Of a DNA stretch of 64,000 nt, positions 10,807 through 23,626 are shown one piece after another (position 1 is the stretch's first letter; each line of letters begins with the position of its first letter). This stretch comes from Utricularia gibba (Eukaryota; Plantae; Magnoliophyta): assembly GCA_002189035.1 (NCBI GenBank), contig NEEC01000004.1:744001-808000 (forward strand). The letters run 5' to 3'. The notes under the pieces were generated by a model, which worked only from the letters and a program-made list of their open reading frames with translations, did no database searches and was not told the origin of the DNA. Position numbers and translations under genes: made by a program.

Positions 10807-13627
10807 ATGAGGCAGCAGCACTCTGTTTCTCATACTCAAATCCATAAGGGAGCCATGGCTGCTGCTCTTGTGCTGCTCCTTCCCTGTTTTTTTCCAAGCT
10901 TGTTCACTCCTTTGAGCCATGCCTCTCCATCTGTACTCTCGGTATGCTTTTCAGTTTCCTTACTTCTGTGATTTTACTTCTATCTTTATTTGCATTTCTT
11001 GTGTTTGAATTTGTTGGTGATGTTCTCGGGGACTATTGAATCTGGGCTATATGTTCAAGTAATCTATCTGGAATCACTGAAGTCTGTCTGTTTGTGATGT
11101 TCAAGTGGTGGGCATGGAGCAAGAGCACCCAAAAATGGATATTGTTTTTGTCTCCGTGTGTGTGTTTTTCATCGTTGATTTTCTTGCTGATCGGTATTTG
11201 CTATCAGCTCATGTTCGTGTAATATAATATAGCTCCAGCATAATCAGATTTTTCACGTTATTATAGCATCTCCTTGAATATATGAGGACGAAATGAATTT
11301 GAACCACACGGTACATGTTTTTTTGTGGACATCTATTGGTAATTTTATTCACTACCCCGATCGCTGTACCTGCATTCCCATGGCTCTGTTTTGATGCAGG
11401 AGTGGAATGCTCCCAAACCTAGGCACTCCCGACTGCTGAAGACTGCATTACAACGCAAAATAGTGAGCATGATTGAGTGTCTATATGAAAAAAGCCTGTG
11501 TTCTTCCTGCAATGATGCTTAACATTTTGATGTTTTTTATCTAGTCTGATCAACAGATGCCTGAACTTTGGGCGCCCTTGCCACCTCAACCATGGAAACC
11601 TTGCACTCGTTACACTTCCACTTGTATGTTAGTTTCCTGTGTGTTTTTCTACGTTTTGTTAATTGGGTCAGATTTTTCATTCGTAACTATCATTGGCTTT
11701 CTTGGACACCAGCACCGCCTCAAAAATCTCAGAGATATATTCAGGTGTTCCTTGATGGGGGACTAAATCAGCAACGAATGGGTGTAAGTGTGTACTTCAT
11801 TTGGTCTCAGTCGTTGCCACTTATTGTGTTTCTAGTAACTGTTGATTCCTTGCAGATCTGTGATGCAGTTGCTGTTGCCAAACTACTGAATGCAACACTA
11901 ATTTTACCCTATCTTGAAGTGAATCCTGTTTGGCAGGACTCCAGGTAGGTCCCTAGCAAGTTCAGACTCCTCAAAATTATTTCTTTTGGAATGGAAATTT
12001 ATTGGAGTGCTGAGCTGAGTTTATTCCTATGCTCTTTATCCTTTGCAGCACGTTCATGATTCCTATGCTCTTTTATCCTTTGCAGCACGTTCATGGATAT
12101 ATTCGACGTGGATCACTTCATCAATGTATTGAAAGATGATGTATCTATTGTGAAGGAGTTACCTAGTGACTATTTCTGGAGCACTAGGGAGTATTATGCT
12201 TCAGCAATTCGAGCCACAAGAGTGAAAAGTGCACCTGTTCATGCTTCAGCAAAATGGTATCTAGAAAACGTTCTGCCTGTACTTGAAAGGTTGGTGGGGA
12301 GTATGTCTTTTCTTCCTTTCTATTTTGATGTCTCTTTGTATTTTGAGTGCTGAGTGAGCTGATTCCTGTGGTTTTACTGGTTTACTCATTTGTACTCACT
12401 CTGCATTCTTCAGTTATGGGATTGCTGCAATCGCACCATTCTCTCATCGCCTGGCATTTGACAACATGCCTCCGGATATTCAAAGACTGCGGTGCAAAGT
12501 GAATTTTCAAGCACTGGTTTTTGTTCCTCAGATCAGAGCCCTTGGGGAGGTTCTCGTGAGTCGCTTGAGGCATTCTCCACGCAGTGGAAATGGAGCTGAT
12601 GCTGCAAATGAAGCAAAACAAGTCAGTGAGTTAAAAGGAAACAAAGGCACTGGAAAGTTTGTTGTCCTCCATCTTCGTTTTGACAAGGTATGCTCACTTA
12701 CCTGGAATCAAATCACATGTAACGCATATGGCTCAGCTTGAGCCGTATGTAGATTCGACAATTCGCATCACCGCGATTCCGAAACTGGATTTCTCTTCCT
12801 AATATGGCCAAATGTTGCACACAGGATATGGCTGCACACTCAGCTTGTGACTTTGGTGGTGGTAAAGCTGAAAAACTTGCTCTAGCCAAATATCGACAAA
12901 CCATTTGGCAAGGACGGGTGTTGAATTCTCAGTTCACTGATGAGGAGTTGAGAAGTCAAGGAAGATGCCCTTTGACACCGGAAGAGATTGGCTTGTTATT
13001 AGCAGCATTGGGATTTGACAATTCCACTCGTTTGTATCTTGCTTCCCACAAGGTTACTACTGTTTTTTACTTGAAAGTTGTTTTAACTTGCGCATCCTAT
13101 ACCATATCTATGAACAAATTTTGCAGGTATACGGCGGCGAAGCTCGGATCTCGACGCTGCGGAGCTTGTTTCCTCTGATGGAAGACAAGAAGAGCCTGGC
13201 CTCCAGTGATGAAAGAGCTCATATCAATGGAAAGGCCTCTCTGTTAGCTGCGTTGGATTATTACATCAGCATGCAGAGTGACGTCTTCATTTCTGCATCT
13301 CCTGGGAACATGCACAATGCTGTGGTGAGCCAAGCGCAGTAGAACTGAACATGAGAACAAACTGTGGTTTTACTGCTAATATATTCGATTCTATGTGTCA
13401 TACAGGCCGGCCATAGAGCTCATGAAAACAAGAAGACCATCAGGCCTAACATGGCGCTGTTGGGGCAGCTTTTCCTGAACAAGAGCTTGAGTTGGTCAGA
13501 ATTTCAGGAAGCTGTTGTTAGCGGGCACAGAGGCAGATTAGGACAACTGAGAGTTAGGAAGCCACAGCAGTCTATATACACTTATCCAGCTCCAGATTGC
13601 ATGTGCTCTTCACTTGACTCCGTATGA
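10807..13627 (+). CDS. GDP-fucose protein O-fucosyltransferase family protein (At4g24530/At5g65470-like)
   Basis: MRQQHS..MAAALVLLLPCFFPSLFTPLSHASPS TM region; QVFLDGGLNQQRMG/ICDAVAVAKLLNATL; VVLHLRFDK/DMAAHSACDFGGG; GRCPLTPEEIGLLLAALGF; QSIYTYPAPDCMC. Confidence 0.95.
12023..12095 (+). repeat. Tandem 36/37-nt duplication spanning a 3' splice site
   Basis: ATTCCTATGCTCTTTATCCTTTGCAGCACGTTCATG (12023-12058) followed directly by ATTCCTATGCTCTTTTATCCTTTGCAGCACGTTCATG (12059-12095). Confidence 0.97.
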
Positions 13628-13886
13628 AATGCCACAGCTATAGACAGTAATCAACTAGTACTCCTTTTTTCATGTTGAGCTTTATGGCGCCTCTAGTATA
13701 ATAAGACTGGCTTTTATGACACTGCCTGTGGGGAAAAAAGCTGTATTTAGCCTACTCAATAGTCAGTAAATTTGCTTCAGCTGACTTTTATTCTGCACTA
13801 GAAAAAGAGGTAAAGCAACACCAAGTTGCAATCATCCTGTGCTGTGAAAGTATGAATTTACAGAGCCAATAATGTGAGGACATGTA

Positions 13887-16833
13887 TCATTGGTCTTGCT
13901 GGTGGTCCACCTGATCTGGGGAGGGCCGTTTAGATTCGCTTTTTTCCTTTTCACTGCCAATAGGGCCATTGCTGCTTCGCAGTGCTGCTAATTCCTTTGC
14001 ATCACCCGCTTGATCTGATGATGAGGGTGGCGCTTCTTCATCAATGGGAAGAGTTCTCTTTGAACCATCCAAAGCAACACCAAGAACGATGTTATCTTCC
14101 AAAGATGGAGTTACACTGGTAGAGGTAGTCTGCTGTCCTGGCTGCCTTGTATCTTGTCTCTGCTGCGATGTGACGGTGCCTTCCGGTGACTGAGGTTTAC
14201 TATCGGCCGTGGAGGACTTGGAGGACCGTGTTGCGGAGAGTGATTCTTCATCCTCATCTGCTTGTGATGTTGGTCTTCTCGTCTTATCATCTCCGGTGGA
14301 CTTGTAAGACGGCTCAACAAGCAGCAAAGAACGGCGTGAAACGGCTCCATGAGTAAACACAGAATCCGGGAACTGGGTTTCGAGATCAGGTGTACCAGTG
14401 ATTAACTTCTGGATTGTACGAACCGGAGTTGCTAGTCGGGCTCTGTGGTGAGAAACAACTCTGAGAAGATCCAGCAAAATGCCTTCCTGTAGAATATGGG
14501 AATCATGAGATGAAGATTATGCTGGGAAAAGAGCAGCAGCTCACTCACCTTCACACACAAATATTCTTCAAAGCGAGAGGTCTTCACAAAGCAGGAGATC
14601 ATAATCTGTGTTGTGGGGTGAGCATTCCACGAAAGAAAGCAAGCAACATTAGGATCACTGGTAGTTATGCAAGATGAAACAGGGGAAGGCCACAACTCAC
14701 CACAAGGGCCTGGTTTTCTGGATTAACGTCATCCAAGAACACTCTTCTATGCAACTTCTGTTGCTCCACTTGAGGATTCTTTGCCAAAACTTTCCGCATA
14801 TCGGCGACAATATTCTGCACAGACAAACAGTTTGGATTATTCTTCTACAGAAAAAACGGAAGGGTGAACACACCAAAGTCTCACATTGATTTTGCCAACG
14901 TCCAAGTGACTGATTGCAATGTGGGTTTTGACACGCCAGTGAGTTTTTTGACTGAGATTTCTCAAGACGGTGACGGTGAACTTGTGATTTGGGATGTATA
15001 TGGCTTCACGGTCATCACCTCTTATAATTGTTGGAGACCACCATCCCACACGCTGCAATGGAAACAAGATGAAAGAGGGATTAATATCAGCAAAATGCAG
15101 CTATGCATGCAACACGGGAGAAGGAGGATGAGTTCTGATCTGTCATCATCATCCTTGATACCGGAGACAAACCTCGACAGTTCCCGAAACCTCGTACCCT
15201 TCTATTTTAGTCTGAATCCATTCATTCAAAACGAATGGCCGGGTCGCATGTATAATGAGACTTGAGAGAAAATTTGTCAAGATCTGTTCAAAAAGATAAA
15301 AATGGCGATGAGACTTGAGAATGAGAAGCGAAAGAACCTGAAACCAAAGATTCATGAAATGTTCAAACCTCACGTCCTGCTAATGTAAGCAAAACTGTCC
15401 AAGACCTCCTGCTGTGAGCCATTTTTGGGTGGAGAAACCTAACAACTCCATGAACAAAGATACGGAAGCAACCCATACAGCCGTGTATATGGCTCTACTT
15501 GCAAACAAAAAACCCATCTGCAGTGGAATGATGATGAAGAAAAAAAGATCAAGACTAGCACTGCATGCCGTTTTCTTTTACACAGCACTGAACTCTCCTT
15601 CTCTAGGTATCTACTAAGCATGGTAATGCACAAAGTTTCAAATGAAACATACATTTCTAGAGTCATTCGGATCATTTGTTTCTGTGAAGAATCTTTGCGC
15701 TTGTTGAGTTATTCTGCAAAAAACATCAGCACAGGCTCATCTTCTATCAGTGTGAATACAACAGGGCTGTCTCCATTAACCGATTGCTTTTTTCATATAC
15801 AGCATACCTGGAAAGACAATACGCGAACACCAACATTGTTGACAATGATTTCACAAAATTTATGACCCGTTGTTTAACAATTTGGCTGGCGTCTGATGCA
15901 AGTACTACCGGTTCCAATGCTCTACAAGTAGCCAAATATCCATTTCAGTACATATCATTTTTCACTATTCCCTGTCAACAGGGAGAATCACGAAACCTGC
16001 ATATGAAGAACACTCCAGCCCATATCAGCAAAGGTTGAACATAAGAGGTCGTAATGGAGTACATGTTACTTCTCTTCCAACTGCTATTACTTTTCTGCAT
16101 CAAGCATAAGAGAGTTATAGAGAGTATGTAGAACACAGTCTCTTACATCTACAAGTACATGTATCCACATACCCGGAGAAACAATCTCCTGCTTTGTTGC
16201 ATAAGCGGACAAAGTCCCCATATCGAAAATACTACAATACTTGTGCCTGCAGCCAGTCTGACCACAAGAGAACTTCCGGATAAATTACAGAATGATCTGC
16301 AGAATGAAACAGAAAACCCATTATGCCTTTCCACAGAAGATGCAACAAAGTACGAATAGGTAAACCTTGCTAACGATAAGTAGGCACTCTTCACTGCTTT
16401 TAGGAGTAAAAAAGGGTCAGGATTGACTGAACAGTGGCATCTAAGTTGCTGAATCTGGGATTGGTTTACTTGCACTCGTCTGAGAACCCTCCTCGAAACA
16501 AGCGCAGACCACGAATTCTGTAAAGGAAAATGAAAAATGAACAAAGGAACCCATTTCTCCCGAACACTTGAAATTAGGGCATGATTTGAAATGATAGCGA
16601 ATCAGAAAACACATACCTGCGAAACTGAAGAGAAATCAGTGCCGATCACACGAACTTTGCTTCTTGCCCCCTGGAGGAAAGACCATACACGTTACGATTG
16701 TTCTCGAGAAGATGCAGAAGTAAATTTCCTGCAAAAAATTGCAGACCCGTAACCGTAGCCGTTTGCCACTCCCATGACTGCCGCGAATTCCGAACTCAAG
16801 GGAGAATTGAAACGGGGAACTACATATACTCAT
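13887..16833 (-). CDS. MSL2: Plastid MscS-like mechanosensitive channel (MSL2/MSL3)
   Basis: [38 protein letters not shown]; [35 protein letters not shown]; [25 protein letters not shown]; [19 protein letters not shown]; C-terminal [26 protein letters not shown] at 16833 ([10 protein letters not shown]). Confidence 0.93.
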
Positions 16834-17390
16834 ATTGAACGATCGCAAGCCCCTTAATGGAAATCAAGATAAATATTTTCTCCCAGAAACCACATATTGG
16901 TTTAATCAGAACTCACGAATTCAATAGATTTCCAGGTATCAGTTGACGGAATGAGGTTTTAATACAAAGAAGACTATGGGTCTGGTTAAGCTCCCACGTT
17001 GTTGGGAGTATGAAAGCCACCGGCTATTCCTACCGACGTGGCGCCGAGGAAATGTGGCCGATGGTTCCCTCTGCAACCCTTATCTACTACTCCTCTTGCG
17101 TGAAAAAGAAACGAGGACAAAAACACAAAAAAGAAACGTGCCCGAAAGCGAAGCTTGGGTTGACCACCATCAGAATATTATCAAAAATCCCAACCCAGAG
17201 AAAACCCACGAGTTTTTCCTTCAGAAATGTCGAAGTTAAGGTTAGGCGGATAAAAGAGGTTTCTTGCCAGTGCTGCGACAAGTCTAAAAATGGGTTGTCG
17301 AATGAGAAGATAAGTGGTTCAACAGTTACCTTGGTCCGAAGAAGCCTCACGAACCAATGATCCAATGAAGCCGGCCATTCTTGTGTTAAC

Positions 17391-17670
17391 ATCATCTTTA
17401 CTCGTTTCCGGAAATATTGACGTAGTATTTCTGAAAATAAGGTAAATGTTTTGAAAATGAATAAATTTGTTTTTCATTTTTTTCAGAATCGAAAATACTG
17501 AAACCCGATTTATTTTCGAAAATGATTTGAAATATAATTTATAATATTTATTTTAATATTACCATTTCCGAAAATTGATATAAAAGTAACGGAAACTTAA
17601 TAAAAAAAATCCAATAACTCAATTTTCGAAAATGTCATGTCAACATTTTCGGAAACTGAGTAAAAATGAT
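17391..17670. mobile_element. MITE-like element (280 bp) with about 49-bp imperfect terminal inverted repeats
   Basis: 17391-17438 ATCATCTTTACTC-GTTTCCGGAAATATTGACGTAGTATTTCTGAAAAT vs reverse complement of 17622-17670 ATCATTTTTACTCAGTTTCCGAAAATGTTGACATGACATTTTCGAAAAT: 39/49 identical, all 9 mismatches transitions. AT-rich interior; no clear TSD. Confidence 0.8.
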
Positions 17671-17756
17671 ATAAAAAAAAGTGATTTCTTGCTTTCTTCC
17701 TCCGTTTCTCGATCCATGCCATGCGTAGGCACGTTGTAATTTCTTCTATTACCATC

Positions 17757-19790
17757 AAAGAATTTGTTAAGAGCTCCTACGAAAGTGGGTTTGCGAATTA
17801 TTGGGAGATAGAGAACCAGATCATGGAGAAACAGGACAAGGTGTGCAAGCTTTAAGATGAGTATGAGGTTGAGCCACTGATCCAGGACAATGAAGCTCGG
17901 GCTCCGTCGCCACTGTAGATGTACTCATCTATTTTGTTTCCAAAATAGATGAGGTTGAGAAAAGATTAATGAAATAGATGTAGTTTTTGTTTTGATTTAA
18001 TAAATAAATTATGTTATTAAAATATTAAATTACAAATGATAAAATCAATTTTTTGAAATAAATGTAATAAGATTATAAATCATTAAAGAACAAATAAATG
18101 ATTTTTACATTTATTTTAAATTTAAACAGATGTTTTATAAATAATAATTTGATTATTTTCATATTTTATAAATTAGATATATGATTTTATAAAATTATTT
18201 ATGAAAAATTCTATAGCAATGTTAATTTAGAGGACGCTCAAATACAGCAAGAGAAGCTAACATTTTGCAGCTTCCTCTTCACATCCAAATCAACATCTCA
18301 ATTGGGTCAGTGTTGGCTACGTCTAATCACAAAAAAATCAGAAGATCTGAATAAATGCTTTGAATTAAACAGTTTTATTAAATATATATATTGAATAGTT
18401 TAAATTATGTTAAAATATTATGGAAATAATATATAGTTAATTAATTACATTTACTAATATTTACATAACTAAACATATTAATTTTATTTCAAAACTCATT
18501 TATTTTACAAATCAAAACTAAAACATCATCTAATTTACAAACACTTTTTAAACATCATCTATTTTGAAAACTATAAACAAAAATTACATCTAAACACGTC
18601 ATTTACACGCTCGGCTCGGGCACTGAGGGTGCATTGAAGTCTTGTCAGGAAACTTTAGCTGCTTTGCAGGAGAATGCTACAAGAGAAGCAAGTGAGGAGT
18701 ACAAGAAACTAGATCGTGCTCCGGAGCTTCTTACAACTCATAAAAGACAGGTATATGAAAGAGCAATTATAATTTTGAAGATAGGAGCAGGATGATACAC
18801 GAATTCAAAGAAGATGGGATACCTGAGAAGCATAGTGTTGCAAAAGACACGGAGTTTCGATCTTCTCGAGAAGTTGATGAGTAAGGTGATCAACTTAGAA
18901 AGTGCAGTTTCATCACGGACACTCTTATAGACACACCTATCCTTAGGAACTGCAAGGACGTTAAGAAAAAGTTGAGCGATGGTCAAAATGAAAGGGCTGA
19001 AAGAAGCTATGTTGAAGAAGGATAAACAAATTTGTTATCTTCAACAAGAACTGAACCATGTTCAGGCAACTGAGAATAAGGGTGGCCCATCACTTGATTT
19101 GTCGACGAAAGCATGGAATCTAAATTCACGGATGATCACAAAGAAGATTACATTAAGTTGATTTATATGGACGGATCAACAAGGAAATCACCTATAAAAG
19201 AAAAGCAGCGCCTAGATACTGATGTGATACTAGATGAGAACCTGGATTTCTGGCTGAGATTCAGCAATCATATCATGAGGTACAAAAATTCAAGAGTGAA
19301 GTTAGTGACTTGGAGTATGAAATATCCAAGCTCAGCCAGAAAAGGAAACAAGAAGGAAGTGATACAAACAGAGCTAAATACATGGTTGGAGCGCACTGCT
19401 TCTCTCAAAGATGAACTGAAATGCAGATTTTCTTCGATTTGCAGCACCGAAGAGGCAATCACAAGGATATTGAGCGAAGGTGTTGAAGAGGCTCTAAGTC
19501 ATAAAGCTGCAAAGTTCCAAGGTGAAATTTTGAACATGAAACAAGAGAATAATAAAGTAAGTAAAGAACTATAGTTATGCTTTGAACAAGTGGGAGAAAT
19601 TCAAGTGAATGAGGAGTTCGCTATATTTACTAACCAACCTTAGCTGAAAAATTCTATGATCAGGGCTAAAGTTCCTCTAAGGTCTTTCATATTTGGGACC
19701 AAACTGAAGAAGCAGAAGCATTCACTTTTTTCTTATATTCATCAGAATAAAAAAGTTCCGGTAATGAGAGCTGGTATTACTCATTCTAAC
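17757..19790 (+). pseudogene. NET2: NETWORKED2/KIP1-like actin-binding coiled-coil pseudogene, 5'-truncated and TE-interrupted
   Basis: KEFVKSSYESGFANYWEIENQIMEKQDKVCKL*DEYEVEPLIQDNEARA (TAA at 17853-17855); after the insertion ALKSCQETLAALQE; DVILDENLDFWLRFS; IQTELNTWLERTASLKDELKCRFSSIC; AAKFQGEILNMKQENNKVSKEL*; KVPLRSFIFGTKLKKQKHS. Several stops and frameshifts; no NAB domain visible. Confidence 0.85.
17903..18613. mobile_element. Non-autonomous DNA transposon-like insertion (about 710 bp) with about 83-bp imperfect inverted repeats and candidate 8-bp TSD
   Basis: 17916-17998 aligns with the reverse complement of 18509-18592 (TAGATGTA..CAAAATAGATGA(G/T)GTT..GTTTT(T/A)GTTTTGATTT). GCTCGGGC at 17895-17902 and 18614-18621. 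NET2 coding sequence resumes on the far side. Confidence 0.7.
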
Positions 19791-20530
19791 GGTAGTGTAG
19801 ACCATGCTTCTAAGTCAGTTGGATAACAGATGATAAACATGGAAGTGTAGCTCATAAGGTTCGTGCAGTTCCGTACAGGATTCAGCAGAGAGTTTACAGT
19901 TTTTATCTTGCTTCTTCAATCAGCCATTCAAAATTTGATTGACTAACAAACATGAGAATCCATCCTCTGATTGAGGAAACAAACAAATAAACCATCATTT
20001 TCAGGGCATTACCAAACTACATCTCCAGGTATTCTAATAAAGAGTAACTTTTATCACACTTGTCTATTATGCGTGTTCTATTGGTCAATAAAAAAGAAAG
20101 TGACATTTGATCAGATAACTCATAACAAGGAAGTAAAGATTAGTCCATATCTTCAGCAAATCTTCTTGTCGTACGGCTAAAGTTAAATTGGGAAGTTTGA
20201 AGCAATGCGCACCAGGTGCAGTGGAGTCGCACTGTCAGTGGAGAGTGACAAGGGTGATTGAGTAATTTCACCAATAACCGATAATGACGGCGGAGGGGCA
20301 GCCCAAAAACGAAAGGTACTTTCTTCGGATCCCTGGTCCTCATCTTCACCGCTACATTGACTACCAAATGCTGTTCGCTGCTGTTTGTCAACAAGTGTAG
20401 AAAAATTTGCTATCGTCTTTTGCTGTATGGGTTACAGTGAATGTGAGAGGTTTAAAAAGGAATCAAGTTCGGTGGGTTTTTTAGTTTGATATTTGACGGA
20501 AGAGCATTGGAAAGCATTTTTTAGCTTGAA

Positions 20531-23500
20531 ATGGATGGTGGGTCGAGCTGGGAAAGGGGTAAAAGGGATGATAGGAGGAAGGGTGAGGAACAAGGATTCG
20601 GCTTGGAACACAAGATAGAGCCTTTTGTGCCGAGGAAAGGGCATGATCCAACTGAGCTGAGATCTTGGGCTAAGAGAACGGGTTTTGTATCAACGTTCTC
20701 TGGGGAGAGCGAAAGAAGTTTGAGTGTGAGGAGGGAATTTGATTTAGGTCGGAATGTTTTACAAAATGACTCTGGTGATGGGATTGACTTGGAGAAAGTG
20801 GGTATTGGAAAGACCGACTCCGCGTCACCAAAAATTGAGATCGATCCCGTTTTAGGAAGGACTCAGAAGAGGAGGCCCGAGATTGTGCCTGTTCGTGGCA
20901 ATGGGAGACCTGATGATGGTGCTTTAGGGTATAGAGATGGGCGTGTGGGAGATGAAAGAGAGACAAGGATTAAAATAGCTCCACAGCCTGCAGCTGGTTC
21001 CGCTAATGTAGCTGCTGCTAAAGATGGGCCTGATGGAAATGATACAAGGGTTGCTCCTGGCGTTGGAGCAAGTTCAAATTCCCCTGTTTTGGAGCAGAAG
21101 ACAGGTGAGGAAGATTCAGGAAATGGAGCAGCAGTTGATAGGTTTGCTGATGGAGAGGATGCCGGGGGTAATGGTGGATGGTATCCATCTCCACGGATGG
21201 CAATAGGCCTCAAGGATAATCCGGGCTACGGTTAGTTTTAGCTGTCATTGGTTTACCATCCCCGTTCATATTCTTATCTTTCATCAACATCAACTGGAAA
21301 TATGCTGTTTTGAACTACAGTTTCGTCAGTATTTTATGGATTCCAGCACTATCTGTCTTTGGCTGGTTCCTTGATTTTCATTCCTCTGATCATTGTACCT
21401 GCAATGGGAGGGACCGACGTAAGCTTAAGCTTTCAACTATTTTATTAGCATATAATCAACAGACATTCATTCTTGTTCCCAATGCTATCAGAAGGATACT
21501 TCCTCTGTGATTTCTACTATGCTCCTGCTGTCTGGAATTACAACAATACTTCATTCATACTTTGGTACGCGTCTGCCACTGGTCCAAGGAAGTTCATTTG
21601 TTTATTTGGCTCCTGCTTTAGTGATTATTAACTCAAGGGAATTCCGCGAACTCTCTGAAAATGTAAGCATCTCAAATCATGTGAAAATTAGGTTGGAGGT
21701 CTTTGTCTTCGGTTTCTGAAGTATTCAATATCCCTTTTTGTCTTCAGCGGTTCGGCCTCACAATGAGGGAGTTACAGGGAGCTATAATTATAGGCTCCCT
21801 TTTCCAATGCATAATAGGTTTCAGTGGCTTGATGTCCCTACTTTTAAGGTTATCCATACCAGAGAACATTGCTCCCTTGTGACATTTTCCTTTCCTTCTG
21901 AAAACTCTCAACTTTTTCTCTCTAACTCTGCAGGCTAATAAACCCTGTTGTAGTTGCACCCACTGTTGCGGCAGTGGGATTAGCATTTTTCAGCTATGGC
22001 TTCCCTCAGGCTGGCGCCTGTGTGGAGATTAGCGTTCCTGAGATCTTGTTGATTTTACTGTTTACATTGGTAACATGTTGATATCATTTCACACATTCCT
22101 TTCCATCCATTATTTTTTTTTAACTCTATCTGAACAACTCTTGCTTGCTTTGCAGTATCTAAGAGGGGTTTCTGTCTTCGGCAACAGAGTTTTTCGAATC
22201 TATGCAGTAAGTGGCGGTAATATCTAGCAATGTATCAAAACAAGTTCTGAGGTTTGAACTCGTTGCAGGTTCCTCTTAGTGTGGTGATCATATGGGCATA
22301 TGCGTTTTTTCTAACTGCTGGAGGAGCCTACAACTTCAAAGGCTGCAGCCCAGACATCCCCAGTTCTAATGTCCTCAATGATTCCTGTAAAAGGCATGCA
22401 TATACCATGAAGCATTGCAGGACAGACGTCTCTGATGCAATGAGGACAGCACAGTGGATCAGGATTCCTTACCCTCTGCAATGGGGTATTCCAATTTTCC
22501 GGCTGCGAACCTCCCTCTTGATGATATTCGTCTCCCTTGTTGCGTCTATCGAGTCGGTTCGCACTTCGCTCTCTATCCCCAAGTACTTGGAATTTTAACA
22601 GCAAAACCAGTTCTTTCTCTTGAATTTGTGTGCGGAAGTTTGCTGCAGGTAGGGACATACCATACAGCTTCCATAAGAGTGAATGCCAAGACCCCAACCC
22701 CTGGCACAGTTAGCAGAGGAATAGCCATTGAAGGCTTCTGCAGCTTATTAGCTGGACTCTGGGGTTCAGGAACTGGTTCATCTACTTTGATCGAGAACGT
22801 GCATACTATAAGCTCAACTAAGGTTGCAAGCAGAAAAGTTGTAGTGGTTGGATCAGCTTTCATGATCGTCTTCTCCTTGACAGGTACAGCATACAAGTTG
22901 CAGGCCATCTTCACATTGGAAGAGTAGCTAGTTTCTAAGAAAGGAATGCTCCTTTGTGCACAGGTAAAATAGGTGCTATTCTTGCTTCCATACCACAAGC
23001 ACTTGCAGCGGCTGTCCTCTGCTTCATGTGGGCTCTGGTAGTCGCCTTAGGCCTGTCAACTCTGCAATACACGAAAACGGCGAGCTTTCGAAACATAACC
23101 ATCGTGGGTGTCTCGTTGTTCCTCGGACTATCCATCCCGGCGTTCGTCCAGCAGTATCCTCCCGTCTCATCCCTCGTCCTCCCCAGCTACCTCATCCCTT
23201 ATTCCGCAGCTTCCGATGGGCCGGTTCGCACGGGAAGCAAGGAAGTAAGACACTGCTGTCCGTTTCTCTTGTAGATACAAGCCAGTCTAATGCTGTTGGT
23301 TTTTCAGGTGGATTTCATGATCAACGGGGTGCTTTCACTGAACGCTGTGATGACTTTGTTGATCGCATTTGCGCTGGATAACACAGTACCCGGAAGCAAA
23401 GAGGAGCGTGGAGTCTACGTATGGTCGAGCGGCGAAGAAGATGACGACGACCCATCTTCACTCTCTGATTACCGTCTTCCGGGAAGAATCGCTTCCTGCT

Positions 23501-23532
23501 TTCGTTGGGCCAAGTGCCTCGACATTCGATGA
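20531..23532 (+). CDS. NAT11: Nucleobase-ascorbate transporter, NAT11 type
   Basis: N-terminal KIEPFVPRKGHDPTELRSWAKRTGFVS; YGFQHYLSLAGSLIFIPLIIVPAMGG; GTRLPLVQGSSFVYLAP; NAT signature TLIENVHTISSTKVASRK; ends RIASCFRWAKCLDIR*. Confidence 0.94.
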
Positions 23533-23626
23533 AACAATGACAGGAGAATTTGTCAAACACCTCTTAATTCATGTGAACTTCTTGGAACAAGATAACAGAT
23601 TATCCGTAGGATCAAACATCAGACGG

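Noticed and set aside
16976-17360. Plus-strand 87 and 116 aa ORFs upstream of MSL
   Set aside because: Antisense to the probable MSL leader and intron; low-complexity composition and no homology recognised.
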